64,000 bases of DNA, taken from positions 1 to 64,000 of the forward strand of contig JAEOTA010000006.1 of the NCBI GenBank assembly GCA_016840085.1. The letters run 5' to 3'. Each line of letters starts with the position of its first letter. Within the stretch, counting starts at the first letter, position 1. The stretch is from Promethearchaeota archaeon. GTDB lineage: Archaea; Asgardarchaeota; Lokiarchaeia; Sigyniarchaeales; SOKP01. Of the stretch, positions 30,210 to 40,850 are shown piece after piece. The notes below the pieces were generated by a model that was not told the origin of the DNA, did not search any database, and worked only from the letters and a program-made list of their open reading frames with translations. A program made the translations under genes and the position numbers.

Positions 30210-30334
30210 GAGTTTTCAATCTCGTTGTTGTGTTACTGAATTAATTATATATTTAAAATAAATAAAATAAAAAAACTATGTTATTTTATAATGAGAAATA
30301 TATTTTAATTTAACCCATAAAACATTATGTAAAA

Positions 30335-30964
30335 ATGCCTTCGAGATTTCGCTTAAGATATATCTTTAGACCATTAATAAAACTGATAGCAAAAGGTTTA
30401 ATCCGAATTGGAGTTACACCAAACATAGCCACTATTATTATGCTTGGTTTTTCAATCTTAAGTTTTGCGTCTTTATTGATTTTTCGAAATCTTTTATTCT
30501 TCTCTATTTTTGTGTTTATTACAGGAATTATGGATGGTTGTGATGGAGCGATTGCTCGATTAACTAACAAGTCAACAAAATTTGGTGGGTTTTTTGATTC
30601 TTTTATGGATAGAATATCTGAATTTATTATTTTCTTTGGTCTATTTATTTTTAACTTTAATGAATTTCTATGGGATTTTATTGATATGAATTTGGTTATA
30701 TTCATATCTTTTTTGATTTCAATTATGATCAGCTATAGTAGAGCAAGAGCAGAAGTATTTTTCAAAGGAGATTTTGATGTAGGACTAATGGCTAGATCTG
30801 AAAGATTATTTTACATATTTATTACAATGATTTTAGCATTTTTTTATGGATTCATGAATGAATTTTTATTTATTTATATGTGGCTTGTTATCGGGACTTT
30901 TATTTTTAGAACGATAAAAATATATTACAAAATAAAACAGACAGAACAGCAAATAAATGAGTAA
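30335..30964 (+). CDS. CDP-alcohol phosphatidyltransferase (archaetidylinositol phosphate synthase-like)
   Basis: TPN, DGCDGAIAR...GGFFDSFMDR signature, SYSRARAE, RSER. Confidence 0.92.
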   Translation: MPSRFRLRYIFRPLIKLIAKGLIRIGVTPNIATIIMLGFSILSFASLLIFRNLLFFSIFVFITGIMDGCDGAIARLTNKSTKFGGFFDSFMDRISEFIIFFGLFIFNFNEFLWDFIDMNLVIFISFLISIMISYSRARAEVFFKGDFDVGLMARSERLFYIFITMILAFFYGFMNEFLFIYMWLVIGTFIFRTIKIYYKIKQTEQQINE

Positions 30965-30968
30965 AATC

Positions 30969-31673
30969 TTATCTTAATTCTATTCTTAGTCTATCCCCAT
31001 CTCTTAATTTTAATACTTCTCTTAAGTAAGGTTCTGCTAAAATTTCAACAATATTTTTTTTATGATGAGTTCTTTTAATTCTTAAAATAGCAGCGTTTAT
31101 TTTATTTTCTTGATTATCTAAACGAGACACATTGCATTCAAAACAATCTACTGAACCATATGTACGACCTAATTTTTTATCTTCAAATCCATCAATTCTA
31201 ACAGGAATTCGAGTTTTTAAATTCTCTTCTAATAATTCTTTATTAAGATCACTAAATTGTAGATTTAACGTTCCAAAATAAGGAATATATCCAAGCTTTT
31301 TCTGAAATTGTTCTAAATAACCAAGTATTCTAACATAATAACCTCCTTCACCCATTCCCTCAGTAACTTCACCAACTATTAAAATCTCTTCAAGTATTTG
31401 TTTTAAATTCTTATACATAACAAGCATACTATCAGCTCCCTTCTTTGTTATTCTTATTATTTGCTCTTTTCCTTCAACTTTTCTTTGAATCCAGCCAAGT
31501 TCTTCTAGGTTATTTATTCTTCTGGATGCGGTTTGTTGCGATAAATTTAATACTTTACCAAATTCAACACTACTGATATGAATTGCCTTCTGACTACCAA
31601 TATTTAAGCAAAGATGATAAAGTGCAAACCAATTAGCATAGTTTTCTGGAGATATATTTTCTTTATAGTCCAT
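30969..31673 (-). CDS. ribK: CTP-dependent riboflavin kinase with N-terminal HTH
   Basis: SQQTASR HTH, G.V..GMGEG.YY, PY.GTLN, RTHH, EILAEPYLR; ATG at 31673 directly follows the ribL stop. Confidence 0.93.
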   Translation of the reverse strand: MDYKENISPENYANWFALYHLCLNIGSQKAIHISSVEFGKVLNLSQQTASRRINNLEELGWIQRKVEGKEQIIRITKKGADSMLVMYKNLKQILEEILIVGEVTEGMGEGGYYVRILGYLEQFQKKLGYIPYFGTLNLQFSDLNKELLEENLKTRIPVRIDGFEDKKLGRTYGSVDCFECNVSRLDNQENKINAAILRIKRTHHKKNIVEILAEPYLREVLKLRDGDRLRIELR

Positions 31674-31674
31674 T

Positions 31675-32139
31675 TTAGCAACTTTTCGATTTATTTTCTT
31701 TATATTTTTCAATAATTTTCTGTTTTATTAAACTTGAGCTATTTAATTCATATTTATCATAATAAGTTTCGAGTCTTCTTACTTCTATATGATTAAGCCC
31801 TTTTTCTTTAAGCCCTTTTTTTAATATATTTATACTATATTTTTGATCTGGTCCTAATAATATAATATCCGGATTTATTTCTTCTACAGTTGTGAGAGTA
31901 TCATTGTCACTCCTTCCTAGTCTTGCTTCTTTTACGTGTTTAATATTCTTAACGACTTCCAGTCGTTGGTCTTGAGGAATAATTGGAGATATACCTGAAT
32001 ATAATTTCCTATTTTTATCAGTAGCTATAATTACATAAACATCTCCTAATTTTGCAGCTTCATTGATTAGGTAGATATGCCCTGGGTGCACCAAATCGAA
32101 GGTTCCTGCAATTAATACCTTTTTCGCTATTTTATTCAA
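31675..32139 (-). CDS. ribL: FAD synthase (cytidylyltransferase family)
   Basis: GTFDLVHPGH, PDIILLGPDQ, SSS.IK; adjacent to ribK. Confidence 0.88.
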   Translation of the reverse strand: MNKIAKKVLIAGTFDLVHPGHIYLINEAAKLGDVYVIIATDKNRKLYSGISPIIPQDQRLEVVKNIKHVKEARLGRSDNDTLTTVEEINPDIILLGPDQKYSINILKKGLKEKGLNHIEVRRLETYYDKYELNSSSLIKQKIIEKYKENKSKSC

Positions 32140-32211
32140 CCCATTTCATATTGAAGTTATTTTATACTTATCAAAAGTTCAAAGATTTAACAAAAATACA
32201 TTAATTGAACA

Positions 32212-32823
32212 TTATCTTTCATTTTCAAAACATTGCTTTAAATCGTTCATTTGAATAGCAAGTGATATATCTCCCCTTGTTTTTTCAATGATATTTCTTG
32301 CTACGTCAACCTTACGTCTTAGATCTTGAGTAATTCCACTAGGATAATCGATAGAAAATAAATATGTATAAATTTCGTCCATACTTTCTAAAATATAATT
32401 TAAATCTTGAGTTTGAGAATTTCTGATATTATCTAACGCGTATCTTCTTAATTCTCCTATGACATCTGCTAATCCTAATGCAAAATTAATAGGATTAACT
32501 TTTATCTCTGAAGGGGGTGGAATTTCTTTTTTACTAATAATTGAATGAAAAACAATTAATTCTGTAAACTCTTGTTCAGGAGTTTTTAAATATTTGGAAA
32601 ATATATCAGGATTCTTGTTAACTAATTTGACTAAATTTTGAAGATTAGTTTTAATAGTATTATTTTTATCTTGAAGCATTCTAAATTCTTTTCTATGAAT
32701 ATGTTTAATACTTATACTACAATCTCGAATAATATTTCGGGATAATTGTAAAATTTTTTCTCGATCATTATATAAAATGTCAAATAAATTAGATATTTCT
32801 GAAAAAGCTTTTTTAAGATTCAT
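32212..32823 (-). CDS. translin family protein
   Basis: REKILQLSR, QEFTE, LGLADVIGELRR, LRRKVDVAR..IEKT. Confidence 0.88.
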   Translation of the reverse strand: MNLKKAFSEISNLFDILYNDREKILQLSRNIIRDCSISIKHIHRKEFRMLQDKNNTIKTNLQNLVKLVNKNPDIFSKYLKTPEQEFTELIVFHSIISKKEIPPPSEIKVNPINFALGLADVIGELRRYALDNIRNSQTQDLNYILESMDEIYTYLFSIDYPSGITQDLRRKVDVARNIIEKTRGDISLAIQMNDLKQCFENER

Positions 32824-32956
32824 TATTATTCAGATAAATATTGGTAAAAATTAATTTGAATTCAGTATATCAATATATAATTATATATCAAAAGTAAGAA
32901 AAATATTTAGAATTTATTATAAGGAATTAATAAATAAATAAATACTAAGATCTGAT

Positions 32957-35017
32957 ATGAAAATCTTATTAATCCACTCACAGAATGTAGAAGTAATTAA
33001 AAATAAAGAAGCAACCAGCAATCCTCAAGAGTTTGCAGAAGATTTTATTAAGATGGAAGGTCTTATTTTGGTGTGTTATATATCTGTTGAAGATCAAGAT
33101 ACATACGATATTAATTTGATTGCAAAACAGGGTGCTGAAGAAATTGAAGCAGCAATATTACAAATTACTGGTTTTCCTGAGCAATTAAGACAAAAAAATG
33201 AAGAGATAAGAAAATTTAATAAAAAAGTTGAAAAAGGAGAAATTAAAGGAAAAACTAGAAAATTATTAGAACTAATTATGGATAGAGACATGTATCGTGT
33301 GGATAAAGTTTTAGTTTATCCATGGGCACATCTAAGTAAATTTCTTAGTAAAGAGGCAAATGCTATGGAAGTTTGCCCAAAAATTGCTGAGAATTTAAGG
33401 GAGAAAGGCATAGAAGCAAAATTTTCTCCTTTTGGATGGTATAAATCGTTTAAAATTAATTGTTTAGGTCATGAATTAGCTGAGATGTATAGAGATGTTA
33501 AACTAGCAATTAAACCTGAGGAGCAGGTTAAAAATTCCGCATTTAAAGTAATTACAACCTCGGGAAAAGAAATTGATTTAAATTTTGATGAAGATCAAAA
33601 TATAGTCCCCCCCAAGGAGATTAAAGACGAAGATTTTCATTTATTCCTAAATTCTGAATTAGGTTCAAGATTAATAAATAAAGCAATGGAACCAGCTCAT
33701 ATAAAAGTGATGAAGGAGTTTGAATTAGTGGATTTTGATCCTAATACCGATGCAGGGAATTTTAGGTGGTATACAAAAGGAATCATTATGAAAAATCTAA
33801 TAAAGAATTTTATAGAAGATAGATTAATAGATTATGGGGCGATTCTTCTTGATACACCTGTTATGTATACCGTAAAAAATAAGAAATTGACAGCTCAAAC
33901 TGCTCGGTTTCCAGCAAGGAGCTATTGGGTTGAATCTGGTAGAGATAGATATCTCTTGAGATATGCTTGTGATTTTCTTCTATTCGATTTATTTTCCCAA
34001 ATGAATTTAAAACCACAATATCTTCCTTTAAGAGCATATGAATATGAACAATACGCATTTAGACGTGAGTTAGAAGGTGAATTAAGCGGTTTAAGAAGAT
34101 TAAGAGCGTTTATAATGCCAGATATGCATACGATGTGTAAAAATTTAGAATCTTCCATTGATGAGTTTAAAAAGCAATATGAATTAATTAAAAGTCTGGA
34201 AAAAGATTTAGGGATAAAAACTTATGTTATATTTAGAGTTACACAGGATTTTTATAAGGAAAATAAGGAGTGGATCGTTGATTTAATCAAGTCAGAAAAA
34301 CATCCTGCATTAGTAGAATTATGGGAAGATAGATATTATTATTATATATTAAAACTTGAAAGAAATGTGCTTTCTGCTCAAAACCGAAGTGCGACTTTAG
34401 CTACTAATCAGATAGATGTAGAGAGTTCCTTAGAATATATGGTTGATAATGATGGTGTAAGAAGGCAGAAATATAATATTTCTTTCATAGACACCGATGG
34501 CAAGTTGAAACATCCAATAATTCTTCATAACTCTCCAACTGGTGCTATAGAAAGAGTTTTATGGGGTTTAATTGAATCGGCTATTCGAAATAAGGAAAAA
34601 ATAGTACCTGGATTTAAAACGTGGTTATCCCCTATACAAGTCCGAATAATAACCGTGGGTGACGAGCAGAACGATTACGCTGAAAAATTGCTTAATATCA
34701 TCAATGGAGAGGATTTTAGAGCGGATTTTGATGATCGAGAAGAAACGGTTGGAAAAAAAATAAGACAAGCAGAAATTGAATGGATTCCATATGTAATTAT
34801 TCTTGGTAAAAAAGAACAAGAGAATCAAACAATTTCTATAAGAAAGAGATTGATAGGTAAACCTTTTGGTCCAAAAAAACAGACTTCTAAACAAGTTAAT
34901 GATGTGAAATTAGATACATTATTTGAAATGCTTGAAGAAGATACAGGAAACTTCCCAAAATATAAATTGCCAATACCATTTAGAAGGTTCTCAATGAGAA
35001 TATATTTTAGAAAGTAG
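32957..35017 (+). CDS. thrS: threonyl-tRNA synthetase (archaeal type)
   Basis: MKILLIH, YPWAHLS, PFGWYK editing domain; FRRE..GEL.GL.RLRAF.MPDMH; GAIER; anticodon-binding domain. Confidence 0.96.
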   Translation: MKILLIHSQNVEVIKNKEATSNPQEFAEDFIKMEGLILVCYISVEDQDTYDINLIAKQGAEEIEAAILQITGFPEQLRQKNEEIRKFNKKVEKGEIKGKTRKLLELIMDRDMYRVDKVLVYPWAHLSKFLSKEANAMEVCPKIAENLREKGIEAKFSPFGWYKSFKINCLGHELAEMYRDVKLAIKPEEQVKNSAFKVITTSGKEIDLNFDEDQNIVPPKEIKDEDFHLFLNSELGSRLINKAMEPAHIKVMKEFELVDFDPNTDAGNFRWYTKGIIMKNLIKNFIEDRLIDYGAILLDTPVMYTVKNKKLTAQTARFPARSYWVESGRDRYLLRYACDFLLFDLFSQMNLKPQYLPLRAYEYEQYAFRRELEGELSGLRRLRAFIMPDMHTMCKNLESSIDEFKKQYELIKSLEKDLGIKTYVIFRVTQDFYKENKEWIVDLIKSEKHPALVELWEDRYYYYILKLERNVLSAQNRSATLATNQIDVESSLEYMVDNDGVRRQKYNISFIDTDGKLKHPIILHNSPTGAIERVLWGLIESAIRNKEKIVPGFKTWLSPIQVRIITVGDEQNDYAEKLLNIINGEDFRADFDDREETVGKKIRQAEIEWIPYVIILGKKEQENQTISIRKRLIGKPFGPKKQTSKQVNDVKLDTLFEMLEEDTGNFPKYKLPIPFRRFSMRIYFRK

Positions 35018-35032
35018 TTTTTTTTAAAACTT

Positions 35033-35656
35033 ATGACAATAAAAGCATTAATGTTTGATTTAGGTGGAGTCATTGTAGATTTAGATTTTTCAAATTTTTA
35101 TAATAGAATAATAACTCAATCTCCCTTGAACAAACCTCAAACACCAATTATTCTGGAATTTTTCCGTCAATCAGACATCTATCATCAGGGATTAATGCGT
35201 GATGAGGAATTCTACCAATTGGCGTGCGATTTACTGCAAGTATGTGAATTAGCTCAAAATGATTTTTTTGACGCATTTAATAGTATTATTTCAGGAATTA
35301 ATCATAAAAGTATTGAATTGGTAAAAAAATTGAAAAATGCAAACCAATATAAGCTTATTGCCTTATCAAACGTAAATTCGAGCCATTGGGAATATCTTTT
35401 AAGTAAGAAGTGGGATTTTCTGGAATGTTTTGATGAGATAATTTTATCCCATGAGGTTCATATGACTAAACCTGATGAAGAGATATTTCAATATGCTATA
35501 CAAAAAGCTGGTTGTAAGCCAGAAGAAATTGTTTTTATCGATGATGGGTTAAATAATATCCGATCTGCTCGAGAATTAGGAATTTTAGGTATTAAATTTA
35601 CAAATAATGAAGAATTAATTAATGAGCTCAAAAAACTGAGCGTCGAGATAAAATAA
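35033..35656 (+). CDS. HAD family phosphatase (YihX-like)
   Basis: FDLGGVI, LSN, KPD, FIDD. Confidence 0.9.
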   Translation: MTIKALMFDLGGVIVDLDFSNFYNRIITQSPLNKPQTPIILEFFRQSDIYHQGLMRDEEFYQLACDLLQVCELAQNDFFDAFNSIISGINHKSIELVKKLKNANQYKLIALSNVNSSHWEYLLSKKWDFLECFDEIILSHEVHMTKPDEEIFQYAIQKAGCKPEEIVFIDDGLNNIRSARELGILGIKFTNNEELINELKKLSVEIK

Positions 35657-35673
35657 GATAAAACTAACGGAAT

Positions 35674-36198
35674 TTATAATTCTCCTACTTCTTCAAGGCA
35701 AGCTTTAGCGATTAATTCAAAAACACCTTCCACATTTTCTCCTGTTTTTGCTGATGTTTCCATATATTCACAATTTAATCGTTTAGCTAAATCTTCTGCC
35801 TCTTCTCTATCAATATCTCTCTCTAAATCGGCTTTATTTCCAATTAATATCATTGGAATGGTTCTTTTTACCGATTTTTTGATAGAACTAATCCATCCAG
35901 GAATCTTTAAAAGAGTTTGATTAGATGATAAATCAAAAACACCAAGAGCACCATTACTGCCTTTAAAATAAATAGTTCTAAGTTTGTGGAATTGGGGCTG
36001 TCCTCCAATATCCCAAAGGAGGAGACGAACACCTTTTCCACCTATTTCTACATCTTTAATTAAAAAATTACTCCCTATAGTCTTCTTTAAATCATCACTA
36101 AAATAATCTTTAATATAACGCAATAAAAGGCTTGTTTTGCCTACGCCTCCGGGTCCAAAAAGCGTTATCTTAAATTTAAATTCTCCTTGTCCGGACAT
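35674..36198 (-). CDS. Rab-like small GTPase (Ras superfamily)
   Basis: G1 GPGGVGKT, G2 TIG, G3 WDIGGQ, G4 NKAD, G5 ETSAK. Confidence 0.93.
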   Translation of the reverse strand: MSGQGEFKFKITLFGPGGVGKTSLLLRYIKDYFSDDLKKTIGSNFLIKDVEIGGKGVRLLLWDIGGQPQFHKLRTIYFKGSNGALGVFDLSSNQTLLKIPGWISSIKKSVKRTIPMILIGNKADLERDIDREEAEDLAKRLNCEYMETSAKTGENVEGVFELIAKACLEEVGEL

Positions 36199-36429
36199 AT
36201 TCAAACTCCTTATATTAAATTAATATTAGTTATATTATATTATATTTTTTATCTAATTTATGAAGCATTATTTAATATAATCTTAAGGGATTTAGTAATA
36301 ATAAATTCACAAGTTAATATTTCTTATTATTCTTTAAAGATATTTATATATTTACAATTAGATAAGTATTTCTAAATTGTTTAATATAAAATTGGGAATT
36401 TATTAATAATCTTCAAAAAGAAGTTTGTT

Positions 36430-37707
36430 TCAAGATTTTTTCTTCTTTTTCCCAGCACTTCCCAGTTTGCCCATAATCCATTCAGGTGTTCCAACACCAT
36501 TAAAATACTCTGTCCAAATATACATAAGTAACCCTAAAAATCCACAATAACCAGCAAAAACGATTGGCAAAAAGATAATAGAAAACTGACTTCCATATAG
36601 TGGAAGGAATAAATATTGAATTAAGAAAAGAGAGAGACTTGTTTTTCCATAAAAATTAACCATTTTAATGACATCATTAGATTTTTTTTTAATATCAATA
36701 AAGTAAAAGCATACTGCGATAAGTAAGAATCCAACTCCGAGATTATAGAACATGTTTTGGGCGGTACATCTTATCATATACACTGGCATTCCTGGAAAAT
36801 AGGAATAATCTTGTTGATTAGCTATTCGCAATAAATCAATATGCAAATATTCTGATTCTACAATAAATCCAGGTGCTGAGTGATATGGAGGAGGAGCAGG
36901 ATTTAAGAATGCCCATCCAGGTTCCCAAATATCAAAAGCTACGCCCCTCGGAACAATAATAAATAAACCAATTAATACTAATGCAATTCCATAATAAGTA
37001 AAGATTCGAAATAACCTATAATAAGCCTCTTTCGTCCCTTTTATCATTGCCTCGTAAATATATTCACCAAATATTGTAGATATAAAACATACTGATAGGT
37101 ATGGTAAAATTGGTACTTGAGGGAGAGGAGATGTTATAATGAAATGTAAGATTAGAACAACTACATTAGCATCCTTAAATTCATAGAGGATTTCTCGAAT
37201 CCAAGGAGAAAAGTAAATAATAATCGCGCCAATCACTGCGCGTGATAACTTACTAAATTTTAGTACATAGTATGAGAAAATCTGAGAGAATCCAATAAAC
37301 ATTAGGATGTTCCAACCCCATAAATTAGCAGGGAAAGGAACAGCTACGCCTGATGAGTACAACGACATTGGATTGAAAAGCACACCTATAACTATGATCA
37401 CTACTCCTCTTATTAAGATCCCATTGCGAATTACTTTTTCAGGTAATACTCCCTTTTTTCTTTTAACACTGAAAATTACACTAAGAGCCGAAAGAAACAC
37501 AAATAGCGAAGGACCGAGAACGTCCAAAAATGCAAAAACAAGTCCATATATATACCTCCAATCTTTATCAAGCCAGCTGAGAGCAGAATGAGCTAAGATT
37601 ATAAAGACCATAGCAAGCCCTTTTACAAAATCTATTGAAGCAATTCGCTTCGATGCTAAATTATTATTGAATTCGGCAGTTGATACTTCTTCAGTAGATA
37701 TCGACAT
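36430..37707 (-). CDS. HGSNAT/DUF1624-like membrane acyltransferase
   Basis: RIASIDFVKGLAMVFIILAH, F.FLS, multi-TM, G.PEW tail. Confidence 0.82.
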   Translation of the reverse strand: MSISTEEVSTAEFNNNLASKRIASIDFVKGLAMVFIILAHSALSWLDKDWRYIYGLVFAFLDVLGPSLFVFLSALSVIFSVKRKKGVLPEKVIRNGILIRGVVIIVIGVLFNPMSLYSSGVAVPFPANLWGWNILMFIGFSQIFSYYVLKFSKLSRAVIGAIIIYFSPWIREILYEFKDANVVVLILHFIITSPLPQVPILPYLSVCFISTIFGEYIYEAMIKGTKEAYYRLFRIFTYYGIALVLIGLFIIVPRGVAFDIWEPGWAFLNPAPPPYHSAPGFIVESEYLHIDLLRIANQQDYSYFPGMPVYMIRCTAQNMFYNLGVGFLLIAVCFYFIDIKKKSNDVIKMVNFYGKTSLSLFLIQYLFLPLYGSQFSIIFLPIVFAGYCGFLGLLMYIWTEYFNGVGTPEWIMGKLGSAGKKKKKS

Positions 37708-37891
37708 TCTTGATAATACACCAATTAATTATAGAATAAGGAAAAATCGACTTTCCTAAATAAAATTTTTTTTATATTTTAATTAAATTTAAACTAAAAA
37801 AACCTTTTTGTTATGAGTATTGATATTTAATCTCTGAGAAACTTTTAGTGCGAGTTCTTTTAAAAATAGGATAATAATCCCTATCTAAATT

Positions 37892-39178
37892 TTATTTTAC
37901 ATGATTTATGTTATAAATAAGTAAAGAATAGTATAATAAAATCAATAATATTAATCCTCCTATATTAAAAGGAAAAATTTCATATGTTAGATAAAAGATA
38001 ATCCAAAATATTAATATTAAAAAAGAAATGAGATAGTAAATATATTTAAAAAAAATATAGAGTTCAAAATCTTTTTCTAATAGTATAAAAAGGACTAAAA
38101 AAGGAGCCAATACAACTATATGATGAGGCCATGAGTCAAAATATACAAGGAGCATGATAGTAATACCAGCAAAGTACCCATGAATCAACTTATTTTGCTG
38201 AGCTCTAGAAAATAAAAATAATAAATACAAAGGAAGTAAAAAAAGTAAGGTTATTATAATAAAAACTAAGAAATAATTGATATCCAATTCGAGCACTTGA
38301 AAAAGAATAAGAATAATTCTCGTAAGGCTAAAAGAAGGATTGATCTCCAAGCCTCCTCCAATATTATATGTATATTCTCCTGTGAGATTAACTTCAATGA
38401 AATCTCCTATCATTTTAGGATGAAATATAAAAAATAATCCTGATAAAATAATTAGGAAAATAGACCCAAACAGTCTTAAAATCGTTCTTTTAAATTGAAA
38501 TACCATTTTTTTAACTTTTACATCGTAATTTAAGAATATTATAAAAGGTAAAAGAAGTGCTAAAGATGGTTTGAATAAAATTCCTAAACCAAGTGAGATT
38601 CCTCCAAGAAAGTCAAATTTAACACTATCTTTCAAGAAGAAAAAAAGCGAAGTAAGAATAAAAAAAGACACTAAAACATTGATTTGACCTAAAAAATAGT
38701 TCATAAATTGAGGAAGCATTATTAAAAAAATACCAAGGTGATGAAGTATAGATTCATTATCTGGATCATAGAATATGTCTTTTAAGTTATTCACTTTATA
38801 ACTAATATTCAACTTCCTGTTCGTATTCATATGAATTTGAATAATTTTATAAATCAAATAGATAGTAATGAGATTTAACGCAAAATTAAATATTTGAAAT
38901 ACAAAAAAACCTAATTTTAATCCTAATAACGAAAAAGGAGTAAAAAAGTAGGCAGAAATTGGAAAATATCTAAATGGAAAGAGATAGAGAGATGAATTAT
39001 ATAAATTGGGTAAATCATTAATTATGGTCAAACCTGCATTGTAAAAAGTCAAATAATCAGTATTACTGCTACTCATCAGTGGACTTTTTAAAAAAAAGAA
39101 AAAAATGAAAGTTATTACTAAAAATAAAGCATTTATTACCACAGCAAATAAAAAAAAAATTTGTGTCTTATTCATCAA
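37892..39178 (-). CDS. GT87 (DUF2029) GT-C fold membrane glycosyltransferase
   Basis: DYLTFY.AG, FRYFP, GQIN, KP, NPS, WPHH; multi-TM. Confidence 0.8.
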   Translation of the reverse strand: MMNKTQIFFLFAVVINALFLVITFIFFFFLKSPLMSSSNTDYLTFYNAGLTIINDLPNLYNSSLYLFPFRYFPISAYFFTPFSLLGLKLGFFVFQIFNFALNLITIYLIYKIIQIHMNTNRKLNISYKVNNLKDIFYDPDNESILHHLGIFLIMLPQFMNYFLGQINVLVSFFILTSLFFFLKDSVKFDFLGGISLGLGILFKPSLALLLPFIIFLNYDVKVKKMVFQFKRTILRLFGSIFLIILSGLFFIFHPKMIGDFIEVNLTGEYTYNIGGGLEINPSFSLTRIILILFQVLELDINYFLVFIIITLLFLLPLYLLFLFSRAQQNKLIHGYFAGITIMLLVYFDSWPHHIVVLAPFLVLFILLEKDFELYIFFKYIYYLISFLILIFWIIFYLTYEIFPFNIGGLILLILLYYSLLIYNINHVK

Positions 39179-39293
39179 TTATCTTCAAATCTATTAAATT
39201 ATGAGTGGAAACATCTTCTTTTAATTAGATGTTTAATCATTATTATAAATTAAAAAATGTTAAGAATTTATATTTTTCGTCAATCTCCTTGAT

Positions 39294-40715
39294 TTAATTC
39301 ACATTTTCTTCTTTTCTTGTATCATCTTTCGAGAGTTTTTTCATGAAATCCTCCATCTTCTTTACTTTTTCTCGTTTTTTAATCTTTGCATACACCTTTT
39401 TAGATGTTTTCTTGACAGCTTCACCTGATTTTTGTCCAATTCTTCCTAACTGAACCATTAGCCATTCAGGAGAGCCAACACCCTTAAAATTCTCCATCCA
39501 AACCCACATAAGAATGCCTAGAAAACCAACGTAGCAAAAAACAATAATCAAAAAGAGAGAAACACTGAATTGATCAAAGAAGATTGGAAGAAATAGGAAA
39601 TGAATTAGGAATAAACTAAGGGAAACTTTACCATAATATATCAACATATTCGTGAAATCATTTGAGACATTCTTAATATCTATAAAGTAAAAGAATATTG
39701 AGATAACGAATAATGCAGCACCTTGATTATAAAACATATTAGCACTTGTGCCCCGTATTAAGAAATTAGGCATTCCAGGGATTACAAAAAAATCCTGTTT
39801 ATTTGCGATTTCTAATAAATCTAAATGTGGATATTCAGATAATCCACCTACTACTGATTCAGGTGTTTGTAATGCCCAACCAGGTTGCCATTGTGTAAAA
39901 TTTAGACCGTTAGGGAAAAAGGCAAAAATTCCAACCAATATTAAAACTATTCCCCAAATAAAAAATATACGAAATAAACCCACGTAAGCGTCTTCAGTTC
40001 CTTTATTCATTGCTTCAAAGATGTATTCACCAAATATTGTAGACATGAAGCAAATCGACACCCATGGTAAAAGAGTTAAATGAGGTGTTGGAGATGTTAT
40101 GATGTAGTGGAAAAAAATACATATTAAATTACCAGCATCTTTACCTTCAAAAAGAAAAGCCCTAAGTATTGGAGAAAAAACAATTATTAAAATACCTATT
40201 AAAATACGTCTTGATTTCTTTAACTTTAAAATATAATAAGAAAAAATTTGAGAAAACCCAATGAATGTTATAATATTCCACCCAAAAACAATTACAATGA
40301 TTTTTCCTGTTACTGGATCAATTCCCACTAAATTAGTCATCATTCCTATTATGATCATTACAATTCCTCTTGTGAAAATACGGTTTCTAATAATCTTTTG
40401 AGGTAAAATTCCTTCTTTCCTTTTTATACTAAAGATAACACTTAGAGCTGAAAGAAAAACAAATAATGATGGACCAAGAATATCTAATAGAGCAAATAGA
40501 AGTCCATATAGATATATAGAATCATTGTCAAGCCATGCTTGTGCTGTGTGGGCTAAAATTACAAAGATTATAGCAAAACCTTTTAAAAAATCTATTGATG
40601 ATATGCGTTTAGGAGAGGCATAATCTTTAATATCCTCAAGAGGAATTTCTTGTTTTAGATAATTAAAGAGCGGAGGAGATTCAGTTTCTATTTCTATTTC
40701 AATTTCTGAAGTCAT
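39294..40715 (-). CDS. HGSNAT/DUF1624-like membrane acyltransferase (paralog of 36430-37707)
   Basis: RISSIDFLKGFAIIFVILAH; long near-identical blocks with the paralog (LGPSLFVFLSALSVIFS, STIFGEYI.EAM.KGT). Confidence 0.82.
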   Translation of the reverse strand: MTSEIEIEIETESPPLFNYLKQEIPLEDIKDYASPKRISSIDFLKGFAIIFVILAHTAQAWLDNDSIYLYGLLFALLDILGPSLFVFLSALSVIFSIKRKEGILPQKIIRNRIFTRGIVMIIIGMMTNLVGIDPVTGKIIVIVFGWNIITFIGFSQIFSYYILKLKKSRRILIGILIIVFSPILRAFLFEGKDAGNLICIFFHYIITSPTPHLTLLPWVSICFMSTIFGEYIFEAMNKGTEDAYVGLFRIFFIWGIVLILVGIFAFFPNGLNFTQWQPGWALQTPESVVGGLSEYPHLDLLEIANKQDFFVIPGMPNFLIRGTSANMFYNQGAALFVISIFFYFIDIKNVSNDFTNMLIYYGKVSLSLFLIHFLFLPIFFDQFSVSLFLIIVFCYVGFLGILMWVWMENFKGVGSPEWLMVQLGRIGQKSGEAVKKTSKKVYAKIKKREKVKKMEDFMKKLSKDDTRKEENVN

Positions 40716-40850
40716 TTTATTTTCACTACTCTTTTTAATTGGGAATTCAAGATCGAAGAAAGATTAATATTTTCAAAATTTATTTTAATAATATTCTTTT
40801 TCAATTTTTATAGTTTTTCAATATCATAGAAAAAAATAGATAGATATTCA

